Assembly: GCA_045544795.1 (NCBI GenBank)
Contig: JAZPZR010000281.1
Span: 1-12,734, forward strand
Direction: 5' to 3'
Source: Eubacteriales bacterium
GTDB lineage: Bacteria > Bacillota > Clostridia > Oscillospirales > QAKW01
DNA: 12,734 nt
This document shows positions 10,562 through 12,734 of the stretch, in pieces; the stretch's first letter is position 1; each line of letters opens with the position of its first letter. The notes beneath the pieces are model-generated. The model made no database searches, was not told the origin of the DNA, and worked only from the letters and a program-made list of their open reading frames with translations. Position numbers and translations under genes: made by a program.

Positions 10562-11191
10562 ATGTCACTTTTTGAATGGTGGTCGGCGCTGGGTATTACC
10601 GCGCAGGTGTTTTACTGCATCGCGGTGCCCGCAACTCTTGTACTTATAGTACAGACCGTGCTTTTGCTTTTCGGCTTTGACGGTGACGGCGACGTAGACT
10701 TTGATTTTGACGGTGACGCCGATATTGATATTGACGGTGATGCTGATATTGATATCGATGCCGACGGTGACGTCGGTGCATTTGACAGTCTGAATATATT
10801 TACCCTTCGCGGTATCGTGGCATTTCTTGTCATATTCGGTTGGGTCGGCGCACTTATGACATCAAAGGGTGTCAGCTTATGGATAACAATTCCCACCGCG
10901 CTTGTAAGCGGTGCTGTCACAGCTGTTGCCATAGCATTTCTTTTTAAAGCGGTGATGAAGCTTAAGTCAAACGGCACCGCGGACAATAAAAACGCGCTCG
11001 GCTCTTCGGGCAGGGTACACCTTACTATCCCTGCAAAGCGCGAGGGCGAGGGCAAGGTGCACGTTATGCTTCAGGGCGCCTACGTTGAGAGAAACGCAGT
11101 TACCGATGAGGAGGAGGCTATCCCCACAGGCAGCGAGGTCGTCGTTGTCGGTGTGTCGGGCGGTGTCACCCTTATCGTTAAACGAAAATAA
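10562..11191 (+). CDS. NfeD-like membrane protein (YuaF/YqiJ type: N-terminal TM helices plus C-terminal OB-fold beta-barrel) with an Asp-rich alternating repeat in the first extracytoplasmic loop
   Basis: 209 aa. Two hydrophobic segments flank an acidic loop, and the C-terminal soluble domain ...GSSGRVHLTIPAKREGEGKVHVMLQGAYVERNAVTDEEEAIPTGSEVVVVGVSGGVTLIVKR has the NfeD C-terminal OB-fold pattern (G..G.v...i.p.g.G.V.v...g.........I..G..V.V..v.G..L.V). It sits immediately upstream of a flotillin gene, the conserved NfeD-flotillin arrangement (11 nt after the HTH gene, RBS GGGGGA). Confidence 0.7.
   Translation: MSLFEWWSALGITAQVFYCIAVPATLVLIVQTVLLLFGFDGDGDVDFDFDGDADIDIDGDADIDIDADGDVGAFDSLNIFTLRGIVAFLVIFGWVGALMTSKGVSLWITIPTALVSGAVTAVAIAFLFKAVMKLKSNGTADNKNALGSSGRVHLTIPAKREGEGKVHVMLQGAYVERNAVTDEEEAIPTGSEVVVVGVSGGVTLIVKRK
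10679..10786 (+). repeat. Asp-X alternating acidic repeat (DGDGDVDFDFDGDADIDIDGDADIDIDADGDVGAFD) that includes a 24-nt tandem duplication: 10712-10735 and 10736-10759, both encoding GDADIDID
   Basis: Copy 1 is ggtgacgccgatattgatattgac and copy 2 is ggtgatgctgatattgatatcgat. The four differences are all synonymous third-position changes. About 17 of 36 residues are Asp. Confidence 0.8.
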
Positions 11192-11211
11192 TTTTAAATG
11201 GAGGAAAAACT

Positions 11212-12609
11212 ATGAATCCCGAAGTAATCATTCTTATCTGTGCGGCGGTGCTTATCTTAATATCACTTATTTTATGGATATGCTCACGCTACAGAAAATG
11301 TCCGTCGGACAAAATTATGGTAGTATACGGTTCTATCGGTAAAAACAAGGACGGCACAAACCGCAGTGCAAAATGTATCCACGGCGGTGCTGAATTTGTT
11401 ATTCCCGTGTTCCAGTCATACGCATACCTCGACCTTACGCCTATTTCAATTCAGGTCGACCTTAAAAACGCACTTTCAAAGCAGAATATCCGAATCGACG
11501 TACCCTCGCGTTTTACCGTCGGTATTTCAACAGAGCCGGGTATTATGCAAAACGCGGCAGAGCGTCTGCTCGGTCTTCAGCTTTCTGAAATTCAGGAGCT
11601 TTCAAAGGATATCATTTTCGGTCAGCTCCGTCTTATCATCGCGACGATGGATATCGAGGAGATCAACACCAACCGTGATAAATTCCTCGCCGCTGTAAGC
11701 GAAAACGTTGAAACAGAGCTTAAAAAGATAGGTCTTCGCCTTATTAACGTAAACGTAACCGATATCAGTGACGAGTCGGGCTATATCGCGGCTCTCGGTA
11801 AGGAAGCGGCGGCAAAGGCTATCAACGACGCGAAAAAGAGCGTTGCCGAGCAGGACAGAGAGGGTTCTATCGGTGAGGCAAACGCTAAAAAGGAACAGAG
11901 AATCGAGGTCGCAAAGGCTGACTCACTCGCAATCGAGGGTGAGAACGAGGCGAAGATGAAGATCGCCATGTCAGAGGCGGCGCTTAAAGAAAAAGAGGCG
12001 GAAGCGCAAAAGATAGCAACCACCGCCGAAAAGACGCAGGCGGCGAAAGCGCTTGAAGAATCGTACGCTGCAGAGCAGGCTGCGGAAAAGGCAAGACGCG
12101 ACAAGGAACAGGCAACGCTTGAGGCGGACGTTATCGTTCGCGCAGAGGCTAAAAAGCGCGAGATGGAGCTTGCGGCTGAGGCAGAGGCTGAGCAGATACG
12201 CAGAAAAGCAAAGGGTGAGGCTGACGCTATCTACGCAAAGATGGAAGCAGAAGCGCGCGGTGTCGAGGAGATACTTAAAAAGCAGGCGGCAGGTTTTGCA
12301 GAGATCGTAAAATCCGCAAACGGAGATGCTGAGGCGGCGCTCAAGCTCCTTATTGCCGATAAGCTTGAAGACCTTATGCGTGTTCAGGTCGATGCGGTCA
12401 AGAACATAAAGATAGACAAGGTAACGGTCTGGGACGGCGGTCAGAATGCCGACGGCAAGACCTCTACTGCAAACTTTATATCAGGTATGATGAAGTCTGT
12501 ACCGCCTCTTGACGAGGTGTTTACAATGGCGGGCATGCAGCTGCCCTCAATTCTCGGTAAAAAGACTGAGGAGGAGACTGAAACTGCAGAGCCTGAAGCA
12601 GTCGAATAA
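11212..12609 (+). CDS. floT: Flotillin-like SPFH/band-7 protein (FloT/YuaG family)
   Basis: 465 aa. N-terminal membrane hairpin (IILICAAVLILISLILWI). SPFH core HGGAEFVIPVFQSYAYLDLTPISIQVDL and ...NRDKF...GLRLINVNVTDISDESGYIAALG parallel B. subtilis FloT (RGGGTFVLPVFQQAEPLSL..., ...NGYLESLG). Long Glu/Ala/Lys-rich flotillin coiled-coil. C-terminal KVTVWDGGQNADGKTS matches FloT KITVVDTGGSGES. RBS GGAGGA, 20 nt after the NfeD stop. Confidence 0.85.
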   Translation: MNPEVIILICAAVLILISLILWICSRYRKCPSDKIMVVYGSIGKNKDGTNRSAKCIHGGAEFVIPVFQSYAYLDLTPISIQVDLKNALSKQNIRIDVPSRFTVGISTEPGIMQNAAERLLGLQLSEIQELSKDIIFGQLRLIIATMDIEEINTNRDKFLAAVSENVETELKKIGLRLINVNVTDISDESGYIAALGKEAAAKAINDAKKSVAEQDREGSIGEANAKKEQRIEVAKADSLAIEGENEAKMKIAMSEAALKEKEAEAQKIATTAEKTQAAKALEESYAAEQAAEKARRDKEQATLEADVIVRAEAKKREMELAAEAEAEQIRRKAKGEADAIYAKMEAEARGVEEILKKQAAGFAEIVKSANGDAEAALKLLIADKLEDLMRVQVDAVKNIKIDKVTVWDGGQNADGKTSTANFISGMMKSVPPLDEVFTMAGMQLPSILGKKTEEETETAEPEAVE

Positions 12610-12615
12610 AAAAGT

Positions 12616-12644
12616 GCGGAAGAATTTTAATTCTTCCGCATTTT
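12616..12644 (+). terminator. Rho-independent terminator after the flotillin gene: 11-bp stem GCGGAAGAATT/AATTCTTCCGC followed by TTTT
   Basis: Read directly: gtGCGGAAGAATTttAATTCTTCCGCaTTTTaaatt, 7 nt after the stop codon. Confidence 0.6.
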
Positions 12645-12685
12645 AAATTGAAGTTTTACGGGATGTACATATGACGTACTAGCCC

Positions 12686-12716
12686 CCACCTCCCTCTGAC
12701 GAGGGAGGTGGATTTT
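12686..12716 (+). terminator. Second, GC-rich hairpin (11-bp stem CCACCTCCCTC/GAGGGAGGTGG, loop TGAC) followed by ATTTTG. A strong terminator-like structure about 40 nt beyond the first.
   Basis: Read directly from 12686-12716. The T-run is only on the plus-strand side. Confidence 0.5.
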
Positions 12717-12734
12717 GCCGTAGGCAAAAGACGG

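Noticed and set aside
10612-11055. 147-aa minus-strand ORF with a Ser/Pro/Ile-rich repeat (SISISASPSISISASPSKSKS)
   Set aside because: It is simply the antisense reading of the Asp-X repeat in the NfeD-like gene. The sense-strand gene has RBS, TM topology and an OB-fold domain; the antisense ORF has none.
11781-12310. ORFs (11781..12104 minus, 11768..11959 plus, 12053..12310 plus) inside the flotillin gene, Ala/Ser-rich or Arg-rich
   Set aside because: These are alternative-frame and antisense readings of the GAG/GCG/AAG-rich coiled-coil coding region of flotillin. This is compositional, not a real gene and not a nucleotide tandem repeat.

Overview
This window reads as an ordinary Firmicutes/Clostridia-type chromosomal segment, judging by GGAGG-type ribosome-binding sites and sigma-A-like promoters; that taxonomic placement is inference only. 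Reading left to right: (i) a sugar-phosphate isomerase/epimerase (xylose-isomerase-like TIM barrel) on the minus strand; (ii) a divergent promoter region; (iii) a complete, canonically ordered F1Fo ATP synthase operon atpI-B-E-F-H-A-G-D-C on the plus strand with tightly packed, partly overlapping genes; (iv) an NCS2-family (UraA/xanthine-permease-like) nucleobase transporter that starts 24 nt after atpC with no intervening terminator; (v) a perfect 15-bp palindromic bidirectional terminator; (vi) a convergent MBL-fold metallo-hydrolase on the minus strand; and (vii) a compact three-gene plus-strand unit behind a near-consensus promoter that carries a CACATG-ac-CATGTG palindrome in its spacer. 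That unit encodes a MerR-like HTH / DUF1836-like protein, an NfeD-like (YuaF/YqiJ-type) membrane protein with a striking Asp-X alternating acidic repeat, and a FloT-like flotillin (SPFH), followed by two tandem terminator hairpins. Most worth a second look: the HTH-NfeD-flotillin module with its putative operator and Asp-rich repeat; an epsilon subunit reduced to its beta-sandwich domain (85 aa); and a c-subunit carrying a Na+-type ion-binding signature with two carboxylates (E..ETTGIY). I found no CRISPR arrays, rRNA/tRNA genes or mobile elements.
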